Below are positions 38,760 through 51,895 of a DNA stretch of 64,000 bases, piece after piece. Position numbers and translations under genes: made by a program. The DNA is taken from contig NC_042997.1 in assembly GCF_006345805.1 (NCBI RefSeq), positions 152,210,001 to 152,274,000 on the forward strand, written 5' to 3'. Within the stretch, counting starts at the first letter, position 1; every line of letters starts with the position of its first letter. The notes below the pieces were generated by a model. The model was not told where the DNA came from, made no database searches, and saw only the letters and a program-made list of their open reading frames with translations. This DNA comes from Octopus sinensis. Lineage: Eukaryota.

Positions 38760-39360
38760 GGGGCAAGGTGGCAGAATCGTTAGCACGCATGACAAAATGT
38801 TTAGCGGCATATCTTCTGGCTTTGCGTTTTAAGTTCAAATTTTGCGATGGTTAACTTCGCCTTTCATTCTTTCGGGGCCGATAAGATAAGTACTAACGAG
38901 CACTGGGCTCAATGTAATCGACTAACCCCCTCCCTACAAATTTTAGGCCTTGTACTCACGCTAGAAATAAATAAATATATATCTTCTTTCAATGTATAGT
39001 CATTTCTAAAATAACAGAGATACGCCATAGAAAGGTCCTTGTAATCAACAAGTGTGGACTTGAGAAATTAGTTCTTTCAAACTTTGAACTAATTGTCCTT
39101 CAATATTCACATACAGTATGGCGGTGAGCTGGCTGAATGGTTAGCACGCCGGAGAAAATGCTTAGCAGTATTTTCCTCAGCTTTATGTTCTGTGTTCAAA
39201 TGTCATCGGGGTCGGCTTTGCATTTTAATCCCTTTCGAGGTCGATAAAATAAGTGCCAATTGAGCACTGAGGTCGATGTAATCGACTTGCTCCTCTTTTA
39301 ACCTCAAAAATTGCTGACTACATGAAAAATTACTGGCCATGTACCAAAATTTGAAGCCAA
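38760..39360 (+). mobile_element. Two family A SINEs (38760-38968, 39119-39360)
   Basis: Head, B-box, body and tail motifs. Confidence 0.85.
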
Positions 39361-39411
39361 TATTCACAGACATTTCATCAGTTCGTTCGAAAATTTAAAT
39401 CGTTACTTAAT

Positions 39412-39826
39412 ATAGCAACATATGGATGCGAGACCTGGACACTAAAGAAAGCTGACCAGAAGAGAATTAATGCATTCGAGCTTTGGTGTTGGAAAAGACT
39501 TTTACGGATTCCATGGACAGCGAGGCTCACCAGTGGAGAAGTTTTTAACCAAATCAAGCCGAAACTGTCGCTAGAAGCTAGGATCACCAAGCATAGATTG
39601 ACATATTTTGGTCATATTATGCGGAGAAAATCCATGGAGAAGGACATCATGCTCGGAATGGTTGGTGGCAAGAGAGGAAGAGGCCGACCAAGAACTCGCT
39701 AGCTTGACACCATCAAGAGTGATACGGAAATGGCCATAGCCAATCTGAAAGAAGCGACTCAGGATGGAACTGGCTGGAGAACGCTGATCCATCGAGGGTC
39801 GGCTTCGACTGAGCGGATAGATAGAT
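39412..39826 (+). mobile_element. RTE (BovB-like) LINE 3' fragment
   Basis: Hand translation IATYGCETWTLKKADQKRINAFELWCWKRLLRIPWTAR...RLTYFGHIMRR...GKRGRGRPRTR, the typical RTE ORF C-terminus; short (ATAG)n tail. Confidence 0.9.
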
Positions 39827-41321
39827 ACTTAATGTTAAAATCTTTAGAAAATCTGACGGATATTCATGCCTCACAATTGAAATAACAGTTTTTAATATAG
39901 GCCATGTGATCTTCGCTGTAATTCTATGGCAATAGCCAGTTGTTGTTTTTTTATATATTTGCTATCCAATATGACAGAATATCGGCTTCATTGACTTTTG
40001 CAACTATTTTTTTGAACAAAATCTGTAAGTTAGGTTACAGCTCAAAATTGGTTTTCAATGTTTTGAAACACTCAACAGTTTTGTCAGTTTTATCTGTCTG
40101 CCTCCGTTTTCAGTGATCAAGAAAAACCAAAGGTTTTAAAGTATCATTCGAAATAGTACTGTTATATGAAAAACCTGTATAAGATTCACATAGTATTGGC
40201 GACATGTTTTCTTTACCTCTATTTGACATTTACTCTTTACTCTTTCTTTGACATTGCTAAGTGGTTATATATATCATGTAATTACAGCTAAAAATTAACA
40301 ACGATATATATTTTTTCAATCTACAATTTAAAACGGAGTTGAATATGTCATTAGAGGGGTTGTGGAGTTGGAATACAAAAACCTCCAACCTCAAATACAC
40401 AATTTTTATCTTCAGTTTCCAAAAAGAATTATAAGATTACGAGTAACGTTCGCAGTTATTGTCTTTTCAGATTTGTTATGATGTCAGTTATACACGATGT
40501 TATTGTAACACAATTAAGAAAGGCTAAAATAAATGAAACACCACAACTTGCATGACTGATATGTTTTTTAAAAAAATAACTACCTAAAACGCTTAGAACA
40601 GAAACATCATCAAGTGGAAATCTAATGGCTTCAACATCTGCTTACCTAGATTTGCTGTAACTGTTATCATCAGTTCCAGATATACAAATCACCTTCAAAA
40701 ATTATTAAGAGAATCTTGACATCCCTTCATCAGGCTACATTTTAATCTTAAACACATCTAATGGCTCTAGTTTGAAACATAAATTCCACTGAAAACACAC
40801 TATGAAGAATAACCACGTTATTATTTTAGTAACAGAAGTCTCTTACGTTAAAGTAGCTTCATCCTCTAGCAGTAAACCTATCTGACATCCGCCACCTTAA
40901 ATCTTGCAATGCTATCAAGGGTAAGTTATATTTATAGACATGTTAACATTCCTTGTTTCTGAATTTCTATTTAAGAAAGCAAATCTTTGAAACTGTTTTA
41001 TCCTTAAGAATCAAAACCACTGAGGGATTAAATTAAGTGACTAGAAAAGTTACAACAAATTTATTGTCTCCGTACCGAAATCAAAGAAAAAGAGGGGAAA
41101 ATTAAGAAGTGCATGCGCTCGTGAAGTAAAATCAAAGATAGCACAAGAAGAGCCCGCTAATATTATTTACTTTCAGTACTTATTAGATGAAATATAATAA
41201 TTCAGCACTGAAGAGAGAACTGTCACTATATAATGCTTTGAATGATGATCATGCCTCAAGGAAATTATCCTCAGTAGCCTACGACATTATTTGGAAACCC
41301 TTTCAAAATTTTCTTAAACAA

Positions 41322-41727
41322 TAGACGTAGGAGTGGCTGTGTGGTAAGTAGCTTGCTTACTAACCAAATGGTTCTGGTTCAGTCCCACTGCGTGGAACCT
41401 TGGGCAAGTGTCTTCTACTATAGCCTCGGACCGACCAAAGCCTTGTGAGTGGATATGGTTGACGGAAACTGAAAGAGAACGTCGTATATGTATATATGTA
41501 AGTGTGTGTGTGTATATGTTTGTGTGTCTGTGTTTGTCCCCCCCCCCAAACATCGCTTGACAACCGAAGCTGGTGTGTTTACGTCCCTGTAACTTAGCAA
41601 AAGAGACCGATAGAATAAGTACTAGGCTTACAAAGAATAAGTCCTGGGGTCGATTTGTTCGACTAAAGGCGGTGCTCCAGCATGGCCACAGTCAAATGAC
41701 TGAAACAAGTAAAAGAGTAAAAGAGAG
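41322..41727 (+). mobile_element. Long tRNA-derived SINE (family B), full length
   Basis: Head GGAGTGGCTGTGTGGTAAGTAGCTTGC, internal (TA)/(TG) tract, tail CAAATGACTGAAACAAGTAAAAGAGTAAAAGAG. Confidence 0.9.
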
Positions 41728-41791
41728 GGAGAGAGAGAGAGAAAGAGAGTAAATTCGAAAATAATTTAATTTCAATGTTGTCTGGATAAAT

Positions 41792-41992
41792 GGTAGCGAG
41801 CTAGCAGAATCGTTAGCACGGCGAACGAAGTACTTAGCAGCATTTCGTCTGTTTTTTACGCTCTGAGTTCAAATTCCGCCGAGGTCGACTTTGCCCATCA
41901 TCTTTTCTGGGTCTATAAAATAAGTACCAGTTGAGAACTGGGGTCGATGTAATCGACTTACCGCTCACCTTGTGCCCCAAAATTGAAGGTAA
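41792..41992 (+). mobile_element. Family A SINE
   Basis: GCGAGCTAGCAGAATCGTTAGCAC head, GAGTTCAAATTCCGCCGAGGTCGAC. Confidence 0.88.
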
Positions 41993-42595
41993 TATTGTCT
42001 GGATAAATTTTTATGCCCTTCAGTCAAATTCTCCCCCACTTTCTCCTCCTCCGAGAATTTCTTTTCACCCTCAGCTGAAAAAATTCAGGTCTAGAAAAAT
42101 CTCCAACAACGAATATTGCTTGATATTTTTTTAAAACGCAGACGTTTAACATAATGATGAAATACGATCATTTTTAAACGTAAGTGTATATGTGTATGTG
42201 AGTGTATGAATGTATGTAACAAACTTTGGTTGTAGAACAAACAACAAATTTAAGGTCATCCACTTAACATATCACATCTCAAACATTTAATCACGTATAA
42301 AAAAACATATTGCTTTTTCTTATACATAGAATTCGGATTCACAAAATCACAGAAGATGAAACAATATTTCATTTAGAAAGCATATAAAAAAAGTGAGTAC
42401 AGTCTATCGCAATATTAAAAAAATAGGAAACTGGAATGGAACACTAGCACACACCACAACATATGACGGTAGAGGATCCCAATAAACTGGTTACATTACA
42501 ATATAAACAAAACCGAAAACATAATAAATAAACAAATAGAAATAAATAACTATATAAGTTTTTTTTTGTTTAATTCAAAAGATTTTTTGTTTTGA

Positions 42596-42633
<38 letters not shown>

Positions 42634-44241
42634 TAGTATTGTTGTTATACATACAAGCATACGTAATGATAATAATAATAAGTGGATGTAAACACATGAA
42701 CAAAATAAGAATAAACAAAAACAACAACAACAACAAAAACAAATTACATGAACATATATAAACAGAAAATACAAATATTACAGGCATCCCCCCACACACA
42801 CACTCTAAATAAACATAGAGGCACATAGAGATATAAGCATGCGCAAATGAAGATATACAATAGAAATACAAAATGGCTGACGGTTAGTAAAGAGAGACAC
42901 AAATAAGAAAGAAGAAAACAAAGGACCACTGATGCGGTCACAGGAGTGCGACGAAAGAACTCTGGCCGAAATAAGATTAAGTTTAATGTAAAAAATGAAT
43001 AACACTGAAGCAAAATAACACCAAATATATAGTGCGTGTGTTTTTATTGACTAAACTGGCAAAATGACCATTCCGAAATATAGCAATAACTGTTTCAACA
43101 CACGACTTCACATAAAAAATCTTGCACAACAAATATATAAACGTAATAAAAATGAATACTTCAGCATCTAAAAAAATTTTTTTACATTATAAAACCTAAA
43201 ATAATAAATATATAAAAATATAAAAATACGTATATATAAGAAACATATAGATACATAAGGTATAGATAAAAGTTCATCGATTAAGAATTTTTTTTCGATT
43301 AAAAGTTACTTTTTAAGATAAAGAGAAGCATTTTAAGAAAAGCCGATGTCCAAGCAAAAAAAAAAAAAAACATATTTACAGTCCCTATGGCCATTTCAGG
43401 GGTTCATCAACGTAGTCAATGCACGATGGTGTATTATAGTAATGACTCCTTCGTCATGTATGTATGTATGTATGCATGTATGTATACGCATGTGCGCTAG
43501 CGCTCGTGTATGTGTATGTATGCATTGTGTATGTGTGTGTGCGTGTGTGTGTGTGTGCGTGTGTATGTGTGTAGCAGTGTTGTATGGTGTCGTCAGGGAG
43601 GAATCGGAATATGAGAAAAGTTGCCGATTTGGCCGAGATCACCCAGGAAATCAGAGAGGTATTAAGTGTGGAGCAGAAAACAGATATTGGGCTGTTGTAA
43701 GGCATGAAACCCATAGCTATTTTGCAAGAACAACAAAGACATATGAGATATTATGATCACACCAATTTGTTATATTGAAGGAAATAGCTGCAACTAAAGG
43801 GTTAAGAAGCCAATAGCATAGGCAATATGACGGGTAATAGGGGATTTAAGGCACCACCACAACTTCCATTTATTTGCTCTTTCTTCTTATTGATAACGTT
43901 GACACAGCCTTGTCTTTTTTGTGGTTGACAACGTCATGACAACACAACGAACTTCACGGAGATGACAACTTCCTTTCCCTTACTGTCCGATGTCCCTATG
44001 TTTATATCTTTCACATACATATTTAAGATTTGTAATGTACATGACCTCTATCATTTGCACTGTCTGTCTGTTTCTCTCTCTCTCTCCAACATTATGCGTG
44101 TGTGTGTGTGTGTGATTCCAACATGCCCACATATCCTCCTTCTCCGAAAGAGAGAGAGAGAGAGTTTTGAAGAGTAAAAGAGCGTGAGGGAATTAAGAGA
44201 GGATGAGTTGCAAACAGTAAAAAAAGGGATAGATAAGTGGT

Positions 44242-44285
<44 letters not shown>

Positions 44286-44288
44286 GGT

Positions 44289-44331
<43 letters not shown>

Positions 44332-44779
44332 AAGAGAGAGAGAAGCTAACTAGCTAACTATGTAACTAACTAAGAGGAAAGATTTAAAGAGAAACTGAAG
44401 AAGGAAGAAAGCAGAATTTGTCGTCACGCAAATCTAAGTGCGCCATGACAAAGTATTTTAAAATGATTTTCAACTTCCCACTAAAATTCCAAATCAACTT
44501 TGCGTTATGCCTTTCTTCTACTACGGCTCCTTTTCAACTTACTATTTTCCTCTAACTTTCTACTTGACAGAAAGCAGGATGAGATTTGGTTGAGATTTTG
44601 CTGCTATTCCTCGAAGTAAATGTTATACAAACTTTCTTGTGAGATGGTGAATAATAATGGTTTTAAAATTTGGGGCACAAGGCCGGCAATTTCGTGAAGT
44701 CGATTACATCGACCCCCAGTTCTGAGAGGGTACTTATTTTATCGACTCCGTCTGTGTGTAGTCTCTAAATGATAACTCA

Positions 44780-44820
<41 letters not shown>

Positions 44821-45464
44821 ACGTGGCGGGAAGGGTTGAGGAAAGAGTCTGCTTTAACGTTGCGTTTTTACGTGTTCGTCTTGTGCACATGTTTAATCCT
44901 TGCTGTTACTTTCGCACCATGTTTTCACACTGGTGTTCGGATATTTTCCAATAAAGAAAAGTACAGAAATAAAGTAGGGGCTTTCGGTAAATTTACTCAG
45001 AGGGGGGTAGCAAAATACAATATGGCAGGACGCTGCATGATGTGTAACATCATAAGAAAGAATGTGAAGTTCAGAATATCTACATCTGAATATTTCTTCA
45101 TCAAAAGTATGCAGTGCTTCAATATATTAATATTTTCCGTTAAGCATAAGTTGTAGGGGTTTGACCGCTAAAGAATAGGGTGATTCCTTCCAGAATAGAA
45201 CGTGCCGTCAGTTAACTCGCTTTTAGCTTTCCTCGGCAGAACAACATTTGGACAGATATGGTATATTTCTTGTGATGCTTTTTTGCAAGCTCCCTATGTT
45301 AGTTTAGTTTGCTTTTGCTAGATCGGTAGGTGAAACAGTACTGCCGTTTTATTTCTCGGTGGTAGCAGCCTGAGAGGCAATACCGTCACTCATGTAGTGA
45401 TGCTTCAGAGAGCAATTCAGTGTAGAGGTTACCACCTATTTGATTAAATGTGGTGGTGTGTTTC

Positions 45465-45502
<38 letters not shown>

Positions 45503-46186
45503 ATTCCAAAAGAATTAGAGGTTGTGAATCCAACCAACTAAGGGATAATATCTATCCGATCTACTGCTGGTAGAATACCCAATTATTAATACACAAGTGT
45601 TTTTTCATTGCATGGCAATCACACTGTTGAATATAATAAACAGATGAGGGTAAAACCTGTTTTACTCTTAATTTATACGGCAATACGAAACCCAGAGGCA
45701 CAGCCAAGTACCTTAAACTTATCTACCTAATAGTTCAGTTCACTGAAGGGATGGAAGTAAAGTGGGGTACTATGACCTCTTGGCTGAAACAGCTGTAAGA
45801 AACTATTCTACTTTCTATGTTCTAGGTTATATATTTTAATAATTACTGGTGTTTTTATATATGTAAAGCATATGTTATACATGTATGTATATTGTTATAA
45901 TTTTTTTTAAATATATAAATAGACATAATATAATGTCTAGAAGTTGATGAATACCACCTCTTGATCCCCTCCATTTTCTTATTGCTGTATATATATGTGT
46001 GTGTGTGTGTGTGTGTTGTGTGGAGAGAGAAGTACTCCAGCGAATTTATCAAAAGCATTCGCTATTAGAATAGAGAGCAGCAGTTGGGCAATGGTATGTG
46101 CCCTTGGTGGTCGAGGAGATCCTAGATTGCGAAGTTCCTTGATTGGTCCTAAATAGACGGTCTCCTGTATTAGGACTGCATCACCC

Positions 46187-46226
<40 letters not shown>

Positions 46227-46446
46227 TATATACTTTGATACTTTGATAGGTTTCGGCCATTATTGGCCTAGGCCATGTCTAACTTAATAGCACCAATATA
46301 TATATATACTTATATACTATGTATGCATTATATCTCGTTTCTCTTCTTCCTCATTCTTTTATATAACCCCCCCACACAAATTGTAAACTGTCTCATTTGT
46401 TCGCCTAAAAGTAATTATTCTTCTACTTCTCATTATTATTAGTGGT

Positions 46447-47425
46447 AGTTTTGGTTTTAAATTATGGTACAAGGCCAGCAAATTCTTGGAAGAGTAAATC
46501 GATTACATTGGCATCAATGCCCGACTGGTACTTATTTTATCGTCCCCGAAAGGATGAAATGCAAAGTCGACCTCGGCAGAAATTGAACTCAGAACATAAA
46601 GTTGGATGAAATGCAGTTAAGCATTTTGCTCAGCGTGCTAACGATTGTACCACCTCGCCACCTTATTAGTAATAGTATAAAGACGGCGAACTGGTAGAAT
46701 CGTTAAGAAGGCTGTGCAAAATGCCTGAGAGAATTTCCTTTGGCTTTACGTTTTGAATTCATGTGCCACCACTGCCAATTTTGCTTTTCATTGTTTCTGA
46801 GTCGAAAAATAAGTACCAATTGAGCACCGGCGTTGATGTAATGAACTTACGTCCTCTCTTAAAAATAAAACAAAATGCTTATCCTGTGCCAATATTTGGA
46901 ACAATAAATATTATTTTGCCTTTCATCCTTTTGGGGTCGATAAACAAAGTACTGGTATTGCACTGGATCGATGTAATCGACTAACCCCCTCATCCCACCA
47001 AAACTGCTGGCCTTGTGACAAAATTTGAAACAATTATTATTATTATTATTATTAACGAACTGGACGAGTTGCTCAGCGATATTTCGCCCGTCGCTACGTT
47101 CTGAGTTCAAATTCCGTCGAGGTCGACTTTGCCTTTCATCCTTTCGGGGTCGATAACTTAAATAACAGTTGTGTACGGAGGTCCATATAATCGACTATCC
47201 CCTTTCTCCCCAAATTTCAGGCCTTGTGCCTTTAGTGGAAAGGATTATTATCATTATTATTTCGCTCGCCTTTACAGTCTAAGTTAAAATGCTTCAGAGG
47301 CTGACTTTGCCTTTCATCCTTTTGTGGGCTATTAAATAAAGACCAGTTGAGCACTGGGATCGATGAAAACGACTTACTCCCTCTCCCGAAATTGCTGGCC
47401 TTGTGCCAAATTTTGAAATCATTAT
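46447..47425. mobile_element. Second cluster of about five family A SINEs (one minus, the rest plus)
   Basis: Repeated family A motifs separated by (ATT)n tails. Confidence 0.85.
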
Positions 47426-48523
47426 TATTGTTCGTATTGGGTAAGATGTTTGCTATTGTTCGCCAAAACAGTGGCTACTCATGCATTTGCTTTATCACCG
47501 TGAGTTTCCGTTGGATGGTTGGATTATAAGCTCAGGAGATTATTGTTTCTACAAGCTGAAACTTCTGAAGGTGTCTGTAGTTTCCTAAACCCGTCAGCTC
47601 TACCACTGCTCCAGCACCAACACCATTTCGTTTCTTAATATTTTGTGTGTGGGTGAGAAGAACAGTCAAACATATCGATCCCGGCACTGTTTTATCGACC
47701 CTGTAAGATGGAAGGAGTTGGTAACTTTCGTGGAATTCGAACTTAGAACTTAAATACAAAGGATTCTTGTCCGATGTTCAACCATTAAGAATAATATCAT
47801 CTCAACAATTTGGTTCCGAAACTTTGTAGTAACAATGTTACCAGGAGCGGAGTAGATGAAGCCAAAAACTTTTACCAATACTAACATGTTCTTCTGGCTG
47901 AAGCTTACAACGAAGGGGTGTAGCACACTTTTTAAATGCAAGAGAGATAGCTTATTTGACTTGTTTTTCGCTCCTAAACTCAGAAAGTGTTTCCATAGAG
48001 CATATTGCCGTTCGTCGGTAAAACCAAGAATCTGAGCACAGATTTCAATATTTGTCTTATTGTTTTGATTTTCTCACCCACCACTCGGCATCTGTATCAG
48101 TCAAGACCATTTCCGTATATACAGCAACCTTTGTAATAATCCTCTCCCTCAGCTCTTCCCATACAAATCAACATTTACACTCACGGGACCAGTTACCACG
48201 TTCAATGCATGTCATATTCGGTCTATCTTTCGGAATTAGAGAAATATTTGCCAACGGAGCTCACAGCTCCCATCACATTTTTTACTCCTTTACATTACTC
48301 TAGCGACTACTCTCATTACAACCACAGCCAACATTGTCGTCCAAGCATCAGAAACTAAACCACATTGGGTGAGTCGGTTGAGCATAGTATGTGTACCTCG
48401 TGACATGGGTGCATCGACTGCTATTTCTAACGTCAGAAGTGCGGGATCTCTGAAAATTCTTTTGATGATCACCATATTTTTATTTATCTTGTTTGATTCT
48501 CATCTACATCTACCATTTTTACA

Positions 48524-48914
48524 TCTTTATATATAAAAGTAAGGTTGTGTGCTGTCTGTCTCCTACGATTTAGATTCCTAACTACTCCCACATTTTGCGG
48601 TGCAGTTTAACCAAAACCGGGTATCTTATCGTCGTGATTCATATCGAGCCCTTCTGGGTATTAGCGCGCGTCTACGATGAGTCTACGATTTAAAAAAAAA
48701 TTTACCATCAATTTTCCCCATTTTTAATGCATTTTTGGCATATATAAGGGAACTAAAAATTTATTATTAAATCTCAGAACGTAAAAAGCTACAGTAACCC
48801 CCCCCCACCTTTGTGGTTAGCCATATTGAGATGGCTATTATACTTTACATCTCTAAAAATGCTTATATAGTTATTTCCCTTACAAACCCGAGCAATGCCG
48901 GGTGATACTGCTAG
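48524..48914 (+). mobile_element. Non-autonomous Helitron
   Basis: Starts A|TCTTTATATATAAAAG, ends CCCGAGCAATGCCGGG hairpin + TGATACTG CTAG|T. Confidence 0.85.
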
Positions 48915-50691
48915 TTCTTAATTAAAAAAAAAACCTAAATATCACTTCCAAAGTGATATATTGGGTTTCATTAACCGTTATTAAATAGCATTTATATCTT
49001 TACTATGTCATTCTTCAAAACTCTGGACCATTCTTGAAGGTTTGGAAAATGTCTGAAGCTTCAAAAAATTCTGCAGTAAGAAAGAATCACATTATCAGTA
49101 TCCAAGTCCAACTATTCCAAATCCCCGACGTTATCGATTCAATCAGTACGTGAACAGTTGTTGCATGCATAGGACTTCAGCTTGTGCATCACACTTTGCT
49201 GGCTTTGTACATGGTCTGAACGAATCTCCACCTTGCCTCCTCACAACCCATCAAATCACAAAACGCAGGATTTGTACAAAAAGCTCCATCTGATCGACGA
49301 TTTCAGCATTGACTCTAATGAACTTCGAGACACTGTGACTAAAATTAGTTTATCCTCACAAGCCCCAACATTATAAAGGTGTCGCAGATACTTTCAGAAG
49401 TTCGTCCCTTAATCTTGTTTTTACTTACCCTCACATTGAATTTATAGTAGTTCATAACCCCCTTCCAGATTAAACTGATAAGTAGGTAGGTGTTGCGAAC
49501 ACCTTCATAATTAGTTTAACACGACTGGAACTAACATCAAGTTAGCTACTATGCATAGGTTTTATCATTAACATTTCCTGTTCAACAAGCTATCATACAG
49601 CCACTCACTTTTCAGCCATAATGTCATTCTGGTTAATATTGTAAAGCTGTGTTCAAATATCACCACAATACAGAATTAACTAACAATTTCTTTCTTGGAT
49701 AGATAAGCCACATGACAATCGCTGATAAAGTTACCCGCACACTCCTTTCTGTTATCAGCCCTATCCCACTACTATATTATTTACTGCATTGCTGGGAAGC
49801 ATCTCTACACAAAAGTGGAGTAATTAAAAAAAATTTTTAATGGTATAATCTAACGCTAAGTTTTACGGAACAGATGGATCTCTTTGATACATTTCCAGCA
49901 TTCATCGTTGGATCAGCTTATTCTTCAATCTAAAATCAAAACCAATCTATGGTTTTATCTTCAGGGTTAAAACGAGGTATATTTTACTCGTTCAGCTATG
50001 ACCAGTCAATTGATGTTTACATTGCTAAATGCGAAAATCGTGATCCTTTTTATTGCTCCTGCCTTAGAGACGCCTATACACACCGGCTGACATGCTAATT
50101 TCCTAAGTAGCTAAAGCATAAAGTCTCTTACATCTAACCTTACCTGTTCAACTGCTAATGCTGTTTGTGCAGTTAACACATGCTACATTGGCTCTGTCAT
50201 TTAGCTTACATTATTCATTTACATACAGTTTCTGGTTATCACTACTCCATTTTGAGCATGAATGAGAAACCTGCAAAATGCAAGACCTTTCTGGAAGAGG
50301 ACTGGATTTTGCCTAATACATTTGCCAGATAAGACCGGAGCCTGGTGCAGCCTTCTGGCTTCCCAGATCCCCGGTCGAACCGTCCAACCCATGCTAGCAT
50401 GGAGAACGGACGTTAAATGATGATGATGATGATTTATGTATTAAATTCTTCCATGTTCGTTAACACGATTTAAATTTATATTTCTAAGTTGAGTGATAAT
50501 GATAATACATACATGTTCACAATAAAAACTATTACATTTTTCTATATCTAATTAAATATAAAAACGTTCCCCATCTTTGGCCTATTAGATACACCTGCAC
50601 CAGAGTTCTCACTAACCCCTAGGTTTTAGGCAAGAACCAAATTATAATACATCTGCTCAAATATAAATTGCCATGATAAATGATTAATCTA

Positions 50692-51014
50692 CATTACATT
50701 CAACGGATATTTGTCCATATCTTGTTTGTTAACACAATGTTTCAGTTGATATACCCTCCAGCCTTCTTGAGGTGTCCACGAGCATATGGCGTAGTGGTTA
50801 AGAGCACTGGCTACTAACCCCAAGATTCTGAGTTTGATTCCAAGCAGTGACCTAAATAATAATAATATCGAAAAATACCTTACGTTCGAAATTTCCCCAA
50901 GATACCTGAAGAAGGCTGGAAGGTATATCAGCCAAAACGGTGTTATAACAACAAACAAGATGAGGATAAATATCTGTTGAATGTAAATAATTCCTCATCT
51001 CCTACATAGAACTG
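50692..51014 (+). mobile_element. 323-bp retroposon with inverted arms around a tRNA-like Pol III head
   Basis: 15-bp TSD TAAATGATTAATCTA (50677-50691, 51015-51029); inverted arms 50694-50776 / 50901-50986; A-box TGGCGTAGTGG at 50787, B-box-like GAGTTTGATTCC at 50830. Confidence 0.8.
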
Positions 51015-51499
51015 TAAATGATTAATCTATAAAAAAAAAAATTTTCTTTTTTAATTTTTAAAATGGAGGACGTCTGAGATCCCATCACAGTCTATACTAG
51101 GTAACCACTTTTGAGGAGCCAGTTGCATGATATGACTCATCAGGAGGGTCACACGACCAAGACCATTGAAAATAATTTGTTAGTAATGTCATTTGCAAAG
51201 TTTGCCCATAACTAATTTATACTGTATTTGAAAGTAAATTTTAAGGCGACTATTTTGACATTTTCTTCTGTTGTTAGCCAAGCCCTCAGTGTTGCATCTC
51301 GAATTTATGCATCAAACTATTGCTAGAATAATTCATACATCAGACATTACTTTCAGCTTTACAGGCCTTGTGTCTATAACAGAAAGTACTTTCATGATAT
51401 CTGGAAAGCTAAGCCAAAAAAAAAAAAAAAAAAAATGCAGGAATAAACTTAAGCCATTTGCTCCAGTACTTGAATGTATATCAATACTACACTCTTTCA

Positions 51500-51806
51500 T
51501 ATCTTATCTGTTACTGTTTCAGTCATTTGACTGAGGCCATGCTGGGGCACTGCATTGAAGAATTCTAGTCAAATTAATCAACATCCATCTCTTTTGCTGA
51601 CTTGCTACGTCACGAGGATGTAAACACACTAACCCTGGTTGTCAAGCAGTGGTGTAGGTCAAACACAGATACACATGACAGGGTTCTTTCAGTTTCCACC
51701 TACCAAATCTACTCAAGACTTTGATCAGCCCAAGGATATAGCAGAAGGGACTGAACCCAGAATCATATGGTTGGGGAGCAAACTTCTTACCACATAGCCA
51801 CACCTA
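51500..51806 (-). mobile_element. Degenerate family B SINE
   Basis: TGTTTCAGTCATTTGACTG tail and CTTACCACATAGCCACACC head in reverse orientation. Confidence 0.75.
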
Positions 51807-51889
51807 TATATCTCAATTCATTTCTTCCAACCCCAGCCAAACCTTCACATTTAAAAAAAGACATAACAAATTACTTTGATAATATACAA

Positions 51890-51895
51890 TTTATT
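51890..51895 (-). terminator. Candidate distal polyadenylation signal (AATAAA) downstream of HSP60
   Basis: AATAAA on the minus strand, followed about 20 nt later by a GT/T-rich tract (ttgttatgtcttttttt); use by HSP60 is inferred. Confidence 0.35.

Noticed and set aside
50781-50850. Functional tRNA gene
   Set aside because: No acceptor stem, a mutated B-box, and embedded in a TSD-flanked repeat
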